From assembly GCA_035455825.1 (NCBI GenBank), contig DATIEJ010000171.1, positions 1 through 56,727 of the forward strand: DNA of 56,727 nucleotides, given 5' to 3'. Numbering within the stretch: position 1 is the stretch's first letter; the number at the start of each line of letters is the position of its first letter. A program made the position numbers and the translations under genes. Shown piece after piece: positions 37,244-46,238 of the stretch. The notes below the pieces were generated by a model. That model was not told where the DNA came from. It worked only from the letters and a program-made list of their open reading frames with translations, and ran no database searches. The stretch is from Rhodanobacteraceae bacterium. Lineage in GTDB: Bacteria > Pseudomonadota > Gammaproteobacteria > Xanthomonadales > Rhodanobacteraceae.

Positions 37244-38323
37244 ATGAAGCGTAATATCTTGTTTGCACTTGTCGCCATGGCACTGGGTGGCGTGGGCGTG
37301 GCGCAGGCCCAGGATTATTCCGGCAGCTGGTACATTGCACCGCGTATCGGCGCCGCGTTCCCGGACAGTTCGCGCACCACCGATACAGGCGCGTTTTTCG
37401 GCATCGGCGCCGGCGTTTGGGTGAACCCGAACTTCGCGGTCGATTTCGAATACGGCATCGACAACCACGATTTCAAGAACAGCTCGCCGCGCAACGGCCA
37501 CCAGTGGGAAAGCGTGCAGCTGGATGTCGCCGGCCGCTGGTTCTTCGGCGACTTCGGCTCGGGCTGGCGTCCGTACTTCATGGGCGGCGTCGGTGCGCTG
37601 CGCCACAAGGCCTACTCGGGCTTCATCCTGCACGAGAACGGCTACGCCGAGAGCGGCGGCTGGGATCCGATGGTCACGGCTGGCTTCGGTGTCCAGTACG
37701 CGATGTCGGACCGCTTGGCGTTCCGCGGTGAAATCGCGGGCCGCTACGACCACGACAACAACTCGCTGAGTTCGCCGCTGTCGGCGTCGTATGGCTTCAA
37801 GGAGCACACCGGCTTTTTCGACGGCATCGTCACCGTGGGTTTGACGTACAGCTTCGGTGGCCACGCGGTTGCCGTTGCGCCGCCACCGCCACCGCCGCCA
37901 CCGCCGGCGCCACCGCCGCCGCCACGTCCTGAGCCGGCACCGACCAAGGTCACGATCGACCTGCGTGGCGTCGAGTTCAAGTTCGACCATCCGCGCGTTG
38001 GCGAGAAGCTGGTCCCGTCGCTGAAGGCGCCGACCGCCGACTCCGTGGCAATCCTGGATGAAGCGATCGACACGTTGAAGCGCAACCCGAGCGTTCGCGT
38101 GGAAGTGGACGGCCACACCGACTCGGTCGGCACGGACGCCTACAACCAGAAGCTGTCGGAGCGCCGCGCCAAGGGTGTGTACGACTACCTGATCGCGCAC
38201 GGCATCGAAGCCAGCCGTCTGGATGGTCCGAAGGGCTTTGGCGAGAGCCAGCCGATCGACACCAACGACACGGCCGAAGGTCGCCAGCGTAATCGCCGCA
38301 CGGAGTTGAAGGTCGAGAACTGA
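37244..38323 (+). CDS. OmpA-family outer-membrane protein (beta-barrel + Pro linker + peptidoglycan-binding domain)
   Basis: Signal peptide, barrel strands, poly-Pro linker, GHTDSVGTDAYNQKLSERRA, GFGESQP, NRRTE. Confidence 0.95.
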   Translation: MKRNILFALVAMALGGVGVAQAQDYSGSWYIAPRIGAAFPDSSRTTDTGAFFGIGAGVWVNPNFAVDFEYGIDNHDFKNSSPRNGHQWESVQLDVAGRWFFGDFGSGWRPYFMGGVGALRHKAYSGFILHENGYAESGGWDPMVTAGFGVQYAMSDRLAFRGEIAGRYDHDNNSLSSPLSASYGFKEHTGFFDGIVTVGLTYSFGGHAVAVAPPPPPPPPPAPPPPPRPEPAPTKVTIDLRGVEFKFDHPRVGEKLVPSLKAPTADSVAILDEAIDTLKRNPSVRVEVDGHTDSVGTDAYNQKLSERRAKGVYDYLIAHGIEASRLDGPKGFGESQPIDTNDTAEGRQRNRRTELKVEN

Positions 38324-38345
38324 TCGACTCGCGGCAAGCAACACG

Positions 38346-38376
38346 AAAAAGCCCGGCGCAAGCCGGGCTTTTTTTT
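38346..38376 (+). terminator. Rho-independent terminator of ompA (possibly bidirectional)
   Basis: AAAAA-GCCCGGC-GCAA-GCCGGGC-TTTTTTTT. Confidence 0.93.
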
Positions 38377-38379
38377 ACC

Positions 38380-38745
38380 GCCAGGGATGGCGGGTACGCC
38401 GAAAATGCAGGAGCATTTTTCGGCGGGTGCATAGCAGCCCACTGTCCCGAAAAAACGAAGAGATGCTTTCGTGTACGCCGAAAATGCAGGATGCAATTTT
38501 CGGCGGGTGCATCTCAGCCCAGTGTCCCAAAAAAAGAAAGGAGGCCTCTGGCCCGGCCGCCGCCGAAAATGCAGGATGCAATTTTCGGCGGGTGCATCTC
38601 AGCCCAGTGTCCCAAAAAACGAAAGAAGGCCTCTGGCCTGGCCGCCGCCGAAAATGCAGGATGCAATTGGTGCATCGCAGCCCACTGTCCCAAAAAACGA
38701 AGATCCGCTGTGTATGCCGGAAATGCAGGAGCAATTTCCGGCGGG
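38380..38745. repeat. Five-unit degenerate tandem repeat (69-85 bp period) of GGA-loop hairpins
   Basis: Units start at 38397, 38476, 38561, 38646 and 38715; core CGCCGAAAATGCAGGA(T)GCAATTTTCGGCG, followed in units 1-4 by a GGTGCATCTCAGCCCAGTGTCCCAAAAAA-type segment. Confidence 0.9.
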
Positions 38746-38880
38746 CACCAGAAGGAAAAAGACTAAAAGTTTAAAAAGTCAAAAGATCTGAGGACCAAGG
38801 GTGTGGTTCAATCTCCTGCTCTCGCTTCAATCTCGGGTTCCGGCTTTTGTTCCCGTAGCACAGTTCAGGCGGAGGCTCGC

Positions 38881-38898
38881 ATGACCCCAAGGTCCAAT
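38881..38898 (+). promoter_or_regulatory. Regulon box 4 (ATGACCCCAAGGTCCAAT)
   Basis: Right half perfect; TATGCT 23 nt downstream; upstream of the asmA-like gene. Confidence 0.65.
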
Positions 38899-39036
38899 TA
38901 CGCTGCGTTCGTGCCGGTGCTTATGCTCGGGCAACAGAACACCAGGCTGAGTGCAACGGCGTTCCCGAAGATCGACGACGGCTTGCTCGTCGGGCCGAAC
39001 ACTGTTTCTCCGTATCGCCGGAGCTGATCCTTGCGC

Positions 39037-42000
39037 ATGAAGTCGCTCGCACTGGCGGCAGGCCTCACGCTCATTGCGGCAGCGGTCGCGATCGTCGTCG
39101 CGATCCACGTGCTCGTCCCGCGCCTGCTGGCGAATCTTGCCGAAACCATAAAGGCCGATACCGGCCGGGAATTGAACATCGGCAACCTCGGAGTAACGCT
39201 GTTGCCGCTGCCGACAGTCACACTCCGGCAGGTTCGCTTCGCCAACGCCGCCTGGGGTTCGCAGCCATGGCTGGTGCAGGCCGATCGCGTCAATGTCCAG
39301 ATCGATGTCCTGGCCTTGTTGTCGCATCGGCTGCACATTAGGCAGATCGCGCTGCAGGATGCGAGCGTGCTGCTCGAGACCGATGCCGGCGGCAAAGGCA
39401 ACTGGGTGTTCGCTCCGGCCGCCGCCGCGCCGGAGCCCGCGGCGGCGCTCTCGGGATGGCTCGACACGAGTCAGCTCGACGAACTCACGTCGCACGCTTT
39501 GTCCTTGGGTTATCGCGATGGGGCTTCCGGAAAGACGCAGTCGCTGCGCCTGGACGCGTTCGAACTGGCTGCCTCGTCCGCATCGGAGCCGATGCGCGTG
39601 CGCGCTGAAGGCGCGATCGGCGCAGCCGAGGTTACGGCCGCGGGTACGATCGGCGCGCTGGCGAAACTGATCGCGAACGCGCCCGCGTACCCGGTTGCCC
39701 TGGACTGCCGGATCGGCGCGGCCAGCATCGGCGTGCATGGCACGATCGACAGTCCGCACACATTCGCCGCGTTCGATCTGGCGTTGCGCGCGCAAGCGCC
39801 CGATGTCGCCGGATTGGCCGAGCTGGCCGGCGCAAGCGTGCCGTCGCTCGGACCGTTCAGCGGCGCGGCTTCCGTGACCGGGTCGCTGGCTGCGCCGCTG
39901 TTCAAGGACATCGATATCGAAATCGGCAGCGGCGGAGACACGCACGTGGCCGCGCGCGGTGAACTCCAGGGCAGCGCCGCCGCAGACGGCAGCTACGAGT
40001 GGCGCAGCGCCGGAATCGACGTCGTTGCCGCAGGCAATCAGCTCGGCGAGCTTGCCGCATGGATAGACCGGCCGTTACCCGCCCTGGGCGCGTACCGCAT
40101 CAGCGCGCGAGCGTCGGGTTCGCTGGCCGCGCCGGCCCTGTCCGCGATCGACATCGCGGCCGGCAGCGACGGCATGCCCAAAATCAAGGTGACCGGCGCG
40201 ATCGCGGACGTGCGCGCCGCGGGTGGCATCGATCTGCAGATCAGCGCGACGGCGACGCGCTCGTGGCGCCTGGACGCAAAGAGTGCCGCCGCACTGCCGC
40301 CGTTTCACGCAAGCGTGCGTCTGCACGAAACAGCGCAGGGCTATCGATTCGACGACCTTGAAATGAAGGTCGCCGACAGCAGCGTGCGCGCGTCGCTGCA
40401 TGTCGCAAAAGTCGGCTCGCGCCTGCACGTCGACGGCAAGGTGAATCTGCCGGTTATCGACCTGGCCCGGCCGGCGCCCGAGGGCGCCAGCGGAAATCGC
40501 GCCGCCGCCGCATCGAAGGCGCGGCCGTCGGCCGGATACTGGAACGTTGCCGACGCGAATCTCGAGCTGAGTTTCGAGCGGCTCGTGCTGCCGGGCGGGC
40601 GCCTGCTGCAGGCTGGCAGCGGCCACGTGGTGCTGGCCGACGGCCATCTGCAGGCGAGCGCGCTGCAGGCAACGTTTGCCGGCGCAAAGCTGCAAGTCGA
40701 TGGCAGCCTCGCCGATCCGCATAACCTGGCGGGACTCGATCTAAAGGTTTCCCTGCAAGGAAAGGAACTGGCCGATCTGTTCCAGTGGCTCGGAAAACCC
40801 GCCGCCCCGATCGGGCGCTTCCACGGAACCGCCGAATTGCGCGACACGGTCGAAGCACCGGTTCCTACCGAGGACGCGAAGGCGGCTTCGCAGCGCGCCT
40901 ACGCGTTCGACAACCTGCAGCTCGCGTTCGGCCGCAGTTCGGTGCGCGGACGAGTCGCCTTCGCGGCGGGAGAGCAGCGGCCGCGCGTGACGCTCCAGCT
41001 CAGCGGTCCGATGCTGGATCTTTCGGTGGCCTCGTCAAAACCGGAACCCGATGCGTCGAACCCGCTGCTTGCCGCCGATGTCGAAGCCGACGTGCAGTTC
41101 GATCGCGTCGTGCTGCCCGGCCGGCGCGAACTCGGGCCGGTGAACGGCAGTGCGGCCCTGACCGCCGGCGCACTGGAGTTGAAGCAACTGCACATCGGGC
41201 TGCAAGGCACGAGCGCGAACTTGAGCGGCGCGATCGCCGATCCGCTGAAGCCTGCGGGGATCACGATGGCAGTGCGTATCGAAGCCAGCGATGGCGAGGG
41301 CATCGCGACTCTCACCGCGCTCCCCGGCTTGCGGCAATCGCCGGCGTTCAATGCGAACGGCACCGTGACTGATGTTCCCGGCGGCTACTCCGCCAGCGGT
41401 TTGACGCTTGCATTCGCGGCCACGACGATCAGCGGCGATGTCAGTCTGACGCGCGGCGCCGAACGCTTCAAATTGCAGGCGGCAGTCACTTCGCCGTTGC
41501 TCGATTTCACCGCACTGAAACATGCAGAGACAGCAAAAGACAGCGCAAAGCCTGCCTCTTCCGGCGCACGCGTGATCCCTGAAGTGATCCTGCCGCTCGA
41601 CCTGCTGCGGGCAATCGACGCGGACCTGGACCTGCGCGTCGACGCGGTCAAGCTCAGCGATGCGGCGAAGATCGGGCCTTTGCTCGTGCGCGCGACGATT
41701 GCCGATAGCCGTCTGAACGCCGAACCGGTCGAACTCTCCAACGGCGCGGGCCAGATCCTGCACGCCGCGGTAACGGCGGACGCGGCCCAGTCCGGCTGGT
41801 CGCTTCGGCTCGCCGGCAGCGGCATCGATCTCGGTGAAATGCTTGGCCGCTTCGGCCAGCCGCAACTCATGGATGGCGGCAGTACCGATGTCGACCTCGA
41901 CGTTCACGGCCGCGGCAAAACCCTGGCGGCCGTCCTCGGCTCGCTCAGCGGCAACGTTCGCGTGCGGATCGGTCCGAACCGCATCAACAACGTCGCGGTC

Positions 42001-42444
42001 GACGTGAGCAAGGGAATCATCGCGCGCATCTTCAGCGCCGCCAATCCGTTCCAGAAGACCGACCCGAATACCGACGTCACGTGCATCGCCGTGCGCGTGC
42101 CGATAAAGGACGGCATAGTCAAATCCGAACACAACGCCGCCGTCCAGACGGCGAAGTACAACCTCATCGCAACCGGCACCGTGAACCTGGACACTGAGCG
42201 CCTCGACCTTGCCGTAACGCCGGTCGTGACCAGCGGTCTGGGTCTGACCGAGATACCGACGGTCGTGAGTTTGAGCGGGACGTTCGCCGCCCCGTCGGTG
42301 GGACTCACGGCGGGCGGGGCGATGAAGTCGGCGGCGTCGATCGGCGCGACGATTGCCGTACCCGGCCTGAGCAATCTCGCCGGCTCGCTATTCCGCAAGA
42401 TCACGGCCGATCCCAACCCGTGCGCGACCGCTTTGCAGGAATGA
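39037..42444 (+). CDS. AsmA-family protein
   Basis: N-terminal TM anchor, TGRELNIG, ANAAWGSQP, GKGNW; repeated beta-groove segments; C-terminal GTVNLDTERLDLAVTP. Confidence 0.85.
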   Translation: MKSLALAAGLTLIAAAVAIVVAIHVLVPRLLANLAETIKADTGRELNIGNLGVTLLPLPTVTLRQVRFANAAWGSQPWLVQADRVNVQIDVLALLSHRLHIRQIALQDASVLLETDAGGKGNWVFAPAAAAPEPAAALSGWLDTSQLDELTSHALSLGYRDGASGKTQSLRLDAFELAASSASEPMRVRAEGAIGAAEVTAAGTIGALAKLIANAPAYPVALDCRIGAASIGVHGTIDSPHTFAAFDLALRAQAPDVAGLAELAGASVPSLGPFSGAASVTGSLAAPLFKDIDIEIGSGGDTHVAARGELQGSAAADGSYEWRSAGIDVVAAGNQLGELAAWIDRPLPALGAYRISARASGSLAAPALSAIDIAAGSDGMPKIKVTGAIADVRAAGGIDLQISATATRSWRLDAKSAAALPPFHASVRLHETAQGYRFDDLEMKVADSSVRASLHVAKVGSRLHVDGKVNLPVIDLARPAPEGASGNRAAAASKARPSAGYWNVADANLELSFERLVLPGGRLLQAGSGHVVLADGHLQASALQATFAGAKLQVDGSLADPHNLAGLDLKVSLQGKELADLFQWLGKPAAPIGRFHGTAELRDTVEAPVPTEDAKAASQRAYAFDNLQLAFGRSSVRGRVAFAAGEQRPRVTLQLSGPMLDLSVASSKPEPDASNPLLAADVEADVQFDRVVLPGRRELGPVNGSAALTAGALELKQLHIGLQGTSANLSGAIADPLKPAGITMAVRIEASDGEGIATLTALPGLRQSPAFNANGTVTDVPGGYSASGLTLAFAATTISGDVSLTRGAERFKLQAAVTSPLLDFTALKHAETAKDSAKPASSGARVIPEVILPLDLLRAIDADLDLRVDAVKLSDAAKIGPLLVRATIADSRLNAEPVELSNGAGQILHAAVTADAAQSGWSLRLAGSGIDLGEMLGRFGQPQLMDGGSTDVDLDVHGRGKTLAAVLGSLSGNVRVRIGPNRINNVAVDVSKGIIARIFSAANPFQKTDPNTDVTCIAVRVPIKDGIVKSEHNAAVQTAKYNLIATGTVNLDTERLDLAVTPVVTSGLGLTEIPTVVSLSGTFAAPSVGLTAGGAMKSAASIGATIAVPGLSNLAGSLFRKITADPNPCATALQE

Positions 42445-42487
42445 GCCGCAGGCAAGGCGACATTGCTGCCTTCCATTTCCCAACTCA

Positions 42488-42501
42488 TTGATCTGAATCA
42501 A
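42488..42501 (+). promoter_or_regulatory. Perfect FNR/FixK-type box upstream of the FixJ-like regulator
   Basis: TTGAT-CTGA-ATCAA exact consensus; GACATT hexamer 22 nt downstream. Confidence 0.75.
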
Positions 42502-42656
42502 TAACCCACCCTTCAGGCGCCCCGACATTGCGCCTTGACAGGCGTGGCGAGTGCTGCAATGCTGGAAACAGCTGCCGCGTTTCCTCGCCTGCCCATCGCG
42601 CGTTCCTTGAAAAAGACGCAGCGCAGGCGAGAAGGCTTCTGGATCGGGGATCTGGA

Positions 42657-43271
42657 ATGGATGCGAGTAGAGGGACGGTTTACGTGATCGACGACGACGC
42701 GGACGTACGCGGCGGCCTGACTCGGCTGTTGCGCTCGGCCGGATGGATCGTCGATGCATACGCCGCGGCCCAGGACTTCCTCGAAAAAGCGACGTGCGAT
42801 GGGGTCGGCTGCATCCTGCTCGACGTCAGCATGCCGCGCATGAGCGGTCCGGAACTGCACGACCAGCTGCGCGCGCGCGGAAGCCGCCTTCCGGTGATAT
42901 ATCTGACCGGCCATGGCACCGTTTCGCTCGGTGTCAATGCAATGCGCCACGGTGCGTTCGATTTCATCGAGAAGCCGGCGGACGCCGACGCGTTGCTGCG
43001 CGTCGTCAACGACGCAGTAACCAAGCGCGAGCAGGCCTCGGCCCAGGAGAGCGAACTCGATGAACTTCGCCGGCGCCTTGCGCGCCTGTCTCCGCGCGAG
43101 CACGAGGTCATGAATCACGTGATCCAGGGCCGCTTGAACAAGCAGATCGCCGCGGATCTCAATATCGGCGTCAAGACCGTCAAGGTCCATCGTGGCCGCG
43201 TCATGGCCAAGATGAAGGTGCGCTCGGTCGCCCAACTGGTGCACCTCTGCGACGCGCTCGGCGCCGCATAA
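42657..43271 (+). CDS. FixJ/NodW-family response regulator (REC + LuxR HTH)
   Basis: VYVIDDD, LLDVSMP, LTGHG, FIEKP, LSPREHEVM...GRLNKQIAADLNIGVKTVKVHRGRVMAKM. Confidence 0.93.
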   Translation: MDASRGTVYVIDDDADVRGGLTRLLRSAGWIVDAYAAAQDFLEKATCDGVGCILLDVSMPRMSGPELHDQLRARGSRLPVIYLTGHGTVSLGVNAMRHGAFDFIEKPADADALLRVVNDAVTKREQASAQESELDELRRRLARLSPREHEVMNHVIQGRLNKQIAADLNIGVKTVKVHRGRVMAKMKVRSVAQLVHLCDALGAA

Positions 43272-43306
43272 GACACTCGAACCGGCTGGGCCGTCCCGGC
43301 TCGCAT

Positions 43307-43324
43307 ATGGGATCATGGTCCCAT
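43307..43324 (+). promoter_or_regulatory. Regulon box 5 (ATGGGATCATGGTCCCAT)
   Basis: Near-perfect palindrome extended by AT on both sides; TATCTT 23 nt downstream; upstream of the REC + sensor kinase genes. Confidence 0.78.
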
Positions 43325-43439
43325 ATCGCCGGTGCACCGACCGCGAGTATCTTCGCGCTGTTGTCACGATGCGCATTCGGAGCGGGCCTTGATGCCGCCC
43401 GGCGCGCACACCGATTTTCCACACGATCGGGAGACGAGC

Positions 43440-43826
43440 GTGAGCGCGAGCGGGGGCCAGATCGTCCACGTTGTCGACGATGACGATGGCGTGCGAACGG
43501 GATTTGCGCGATTGTTGCGTTCGGCGGGAATCGATGTCCGCGCCTACCCGTCTGCCGATCGCTTCCTCGACGAGGTCGACAGCGTGGCGCCAGGCTGCGT
43601 CCTGCTCGACATCACGATGCCGGGAATCAGCGGTCCGGGGGCTCTGGAGCGCCTGAAGGGCAAGCGTGATTTGCTGCCGGTCATCGTCGTGTCGGCGCGC
43701 GACAGCGAGGCGGTCCACCGGCTCACGCACGAAGTCGGCGCCAGGATGTTCCTGCGCAAGCCGGTCGACGACCAGGCCCTGCTCGACGCAATCAACTGGG
43801 TGACCAAGGGTCCGGCCGAAGCCTGA
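43440..43826 (+). CDS. Single-domain response regulator
   Basis: VHVVDDD, LLDITMP, VSAR, FLRKP; GTG start after GGGAGA (alternative ATG 43392). Confidence 0.88.
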   Translation: MSASGGQIVHVVDDDDGVRTGFARLLRSAGIDVRAYPSADRFLDEVDSVAPGCVLLDITMPGISGPGALERLKGKRDLLPVIVVSARDSEAVHRLTHEVGARMFLRKPVDDQALLDAINWVTKGPAEA

Positions 43827-43908
43827 TTCCGATCCGGTTCACTGCCAAAGCCTGCGGTAGACTATCGACCGGGTGAAGCACGCCCATTTTTTTGCCTGAT
43901 TGGCGCCG

Positions 43909-46167
43909 ATGGACTGGATACACGCCGGCTGGACGGGGATGACGGTCGTCAGCTTGATGCTGGCGTTCGTCTACCTGTCAATCTGGGTCCGGCAGCGGCG
44001 TCTCGGCGTATACCTCACGTTTGCACTGTGCAGCCTCTCTGCGGCCGCGATCGCGATCTTCGAACTGTTCCTGATGCGCGCATCGACGCCGGAACTGTGG
44101 GCGCAGCTTCTGCGCTGGCTGCATGTTCCCCTGGCGGCGTTGCTGATCAATCTCGTGCTGTTCGTGCGCATGCAGTTTCGCGCATCCCGCCGCGGCTGGA
44201 CGGCGCCGCTGATCGCGGTTGCGCTCGCAGCGCTCGCGGCCAATTTCCTGACCGGCGTCAACCTCGACTTTCGTGAAGTCGCCGCGCTCGAGCCGATTCG
44301 CATATGGAATTCTGCGCCGATCGGCGTACCGGTCGGGGAATCCAATCCCTGGATCGTGCTCGGGACGATCAATGCGCTGATGATGATCGCGTTCCTGATC
44401 GATACGGTCGTCGTCGTAGACCGGCGCGGCAGCGCCGAGGAACGCCAAAACGTTTTTCTCGTGTGCGTGAGCATCATCGTCTTCCTGGTTGCTGCCGGCA
44501 CGTGGGAACTGGTCGTCAGTTCGGGGTTGATCGTGGCGCCGCTGCTGGTCGCGCCATCGTTTCTCGGAATTTCGCTCGTGATGGCCTACCTGATCGGCAG
44601 CGAGATACTGCGCGCCTCGGAAATGGCGACGAGCCTGGTGACGGCCGAAGCGCGCCTGCTCGAGACCGAACAGCAGATGGACCTGGCCGCAAGCGTGTCG
44701 GGCCAGGGTTTCTGGAGCTGGGACACGACCGGCACCGAGCCGTGGCTGTCGCCGACGGCGCGCTTCCTGCTCGGCATCGCGCCGGACGAAGTGTTCGCGT
44801 GGTCGACCTATCTGGAACGCGTGGCGCCGGAAGACCGCAGGCGCCTGAGCAGCGCGATCGAGGAGGCGATTCGCAGCGACGGAAATATCCATGTCGAGTT
44901 CCGGATCGCCGGTCCGGGCAAGGACGTTCGCTGGCTCATTGCCCTCGGCAAGATCCTGTTTACCCAGGATCACCTGCCGGCGCACAGCTACGGCGTCATC
45001 GTCGACACGACCGAGCGCCGCACGGCCGAAGAACGCTTTCGCCTGCTGGTCGAATCAATGCCGTCGGCCGTATTGCTGGTCAATGACCGGGGCGCCATCA
45101 CGTTCGGCAACAAGCAGGCGGAATCGATGTTCGGCTACACGCAGGAACAGCTGATCGGGATGGATGTCGAAATGCTGATGCCGCAGCGCTATCGCCACGG
45201 ACACGCGGACATGCGAAGCGTGTTTGCCCGCGAGCCGGCATTGCGCAAGATGGGCGCCGGAGCCGAACTCGTGGCGGAGCGCCGCGGCGGCGGCGCAATC
45301 ATGGTCGAGATCGGCTTGACTCCGATCCAGATCGGCCAGGAACATTTCACGATGGCCTCGATCGCCGACATCGGCGAGCGCAAGCGCATGGAACGCGAGG
45401 CGGCGCTGCAGCGAGACGAACTGGCGCACCTGTCGCGCGTGGCCTCGCTGTCCGCGCTGTCGAGCTCGCTCGCGCACGAGCTCAACCAGCCATTGACCGC
45501 GATCCTCAGCAATGCCCAGGCCGGCGCGCGCTTCCTCGCGCAGCAGCCGCCCGACACGCAAGAGGTTGCGATCAGCTTCACGAACATCGTCGACAACGCC
45601 AAGCGCGCCGGCGAAGTCATTCGCAAGTTGCGCAGCATGCTGCGCAACGAACGCACCGAATTCGTCCGCCTCGATATGGACGACGTCGTGCGCGAAGTCC
45701 TCCAGCTCCTGCGCAGCGATCTGATCGACCGGCGCGTCGAGGTCGCCCTCGAGCTGTCGCCAGACCTGCCGCCGGTAAAGGGCGACCGGATCCAGTTGCA
45801 GCAGGTGCTGCTGAACCTGATGATGAACGCGGCCGACGCAATGGGCAGCGTCGCGCACGCCCGCGTGCTCACCGTGCGAACGCTGCTCGCCGAAGACGGC
45901 GAGGTCGAAGTGCAGGTGGCCGACATCGGGCCCGGCATCCCCGAGCAGGACCTCGCGCGCATCTTCGCGCCGTTCGTATCAGGCAAGAGAGGCGGCATGG
46001 GACTCGGCCTTTCGGTCTGCGCGATGCTCGTGCAGGCGCACGCCGGCATGCTCTGGGCGACGAACAACAGCGGCGGTGGCGCGACGCTGCATTTCCGCTT
46101 GCCCCGGCATCCCGATGTCCCGGGTCCGAACTCATCCACGCGACTGGGGACCACAGCGCCTTCTTGA
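43909..46167 (+). CDS. Multi-TM PAS-PAS sensor histidine kinase (FixL/NodV-like)
   Basis: About 7 TM helices, two PAS domains, LAHELNQPL, QLQQVLLNLMMNA, GMGLGL. Confidence 0.92.
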   Translation: MDWIHAGWTGMTVVSLMLAFVYLSIWVRQRRLGVYLTFALCSLSAAAIAIFELFLMRASTPELWAQLLRWLHVPLAALLINLVLFVRMQFRASRRGWTAPLIAVALAALAANFLTGVNLDFREVAALEPIRIWNSAPIGVPVGESNPWIVLGTINALMMIAFLIDTVVVVDRRGSAEERQNVFLVCVSIIVFLVAAGTWELVVSSGLIVAPLLVAPSFLGISLVMAYLIGSEILRASEMATSLVTAEARLLETEQQMDLAASVSGQGFWSWDTTGTEPWLSPTARFLLGIAPDEVFAWSTYLERVAPEDRRRLSSAIEEAIRSDGNIHVEFRIAGPGKDVRWLIALGKILFTQDHLPAHSYGVIVDTTERRTAEERFRLLVESMPSAVLLVNDRGAITFGNKQAESMFGYTQEQLIGMDVEMLMPQRYRHGHADMRSVFAREPALRKMGAGAELVAERRGGGAIMVEIGLTPIQIGQEHFTMASIADIGERKRMEREAALQRDELAHLSRVASLSALSSSLAHELNQPLTAILSNAQAGARFLAQQPPDTQEVAISFTNIVDNAKRAGEVIRKLRSMLRNERTEFVRLDMDDVVREVLQLLRSDLIDRRVEVALELSPDLPPVKGDRIQLQQVLLNLMMNAADAMGSVAHARVLTVRTLLAEDGEVEVQVADIGPGIPEQDLARIFAPFVSGKRGGMGLGLSVCAMLVQAHAGMLWATNNSGGGATLHFRLPRHPDVPGPNSSTRLGTTAPS

Positions 46168-46238
46168 TTTCCGAACCGCAAGGAGGCGATAGTGGCGCAC
46201 AGGCGCCGCGCAGGTGGAGCGCACCAGTGTCAAACGCG

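Noticed and set aside
37878-37925. CCG/CCA-rich repeat
   Set aside because: Encodes the ordinary poly-proline linker of OmpA.
38397-38745. CRISPR array
   Set aside because: The intervening segments are near-identical to each other rather than unique spacers, the repeats are degenerate, and no cas genes are present.
38375-38791. Short ORFs across the tandem repeat
   Set aside because: Periods are mostly not multiples of 3, the same peptides recur in different frames, and composition is atypical.
38735-38830. tRNA or att-site remnant (GGGCACCA, GGTTCAATC)
   Set aside because: No cloverleaf or correctly spaced T-arm/acceptor stem, and no integrase nearby.
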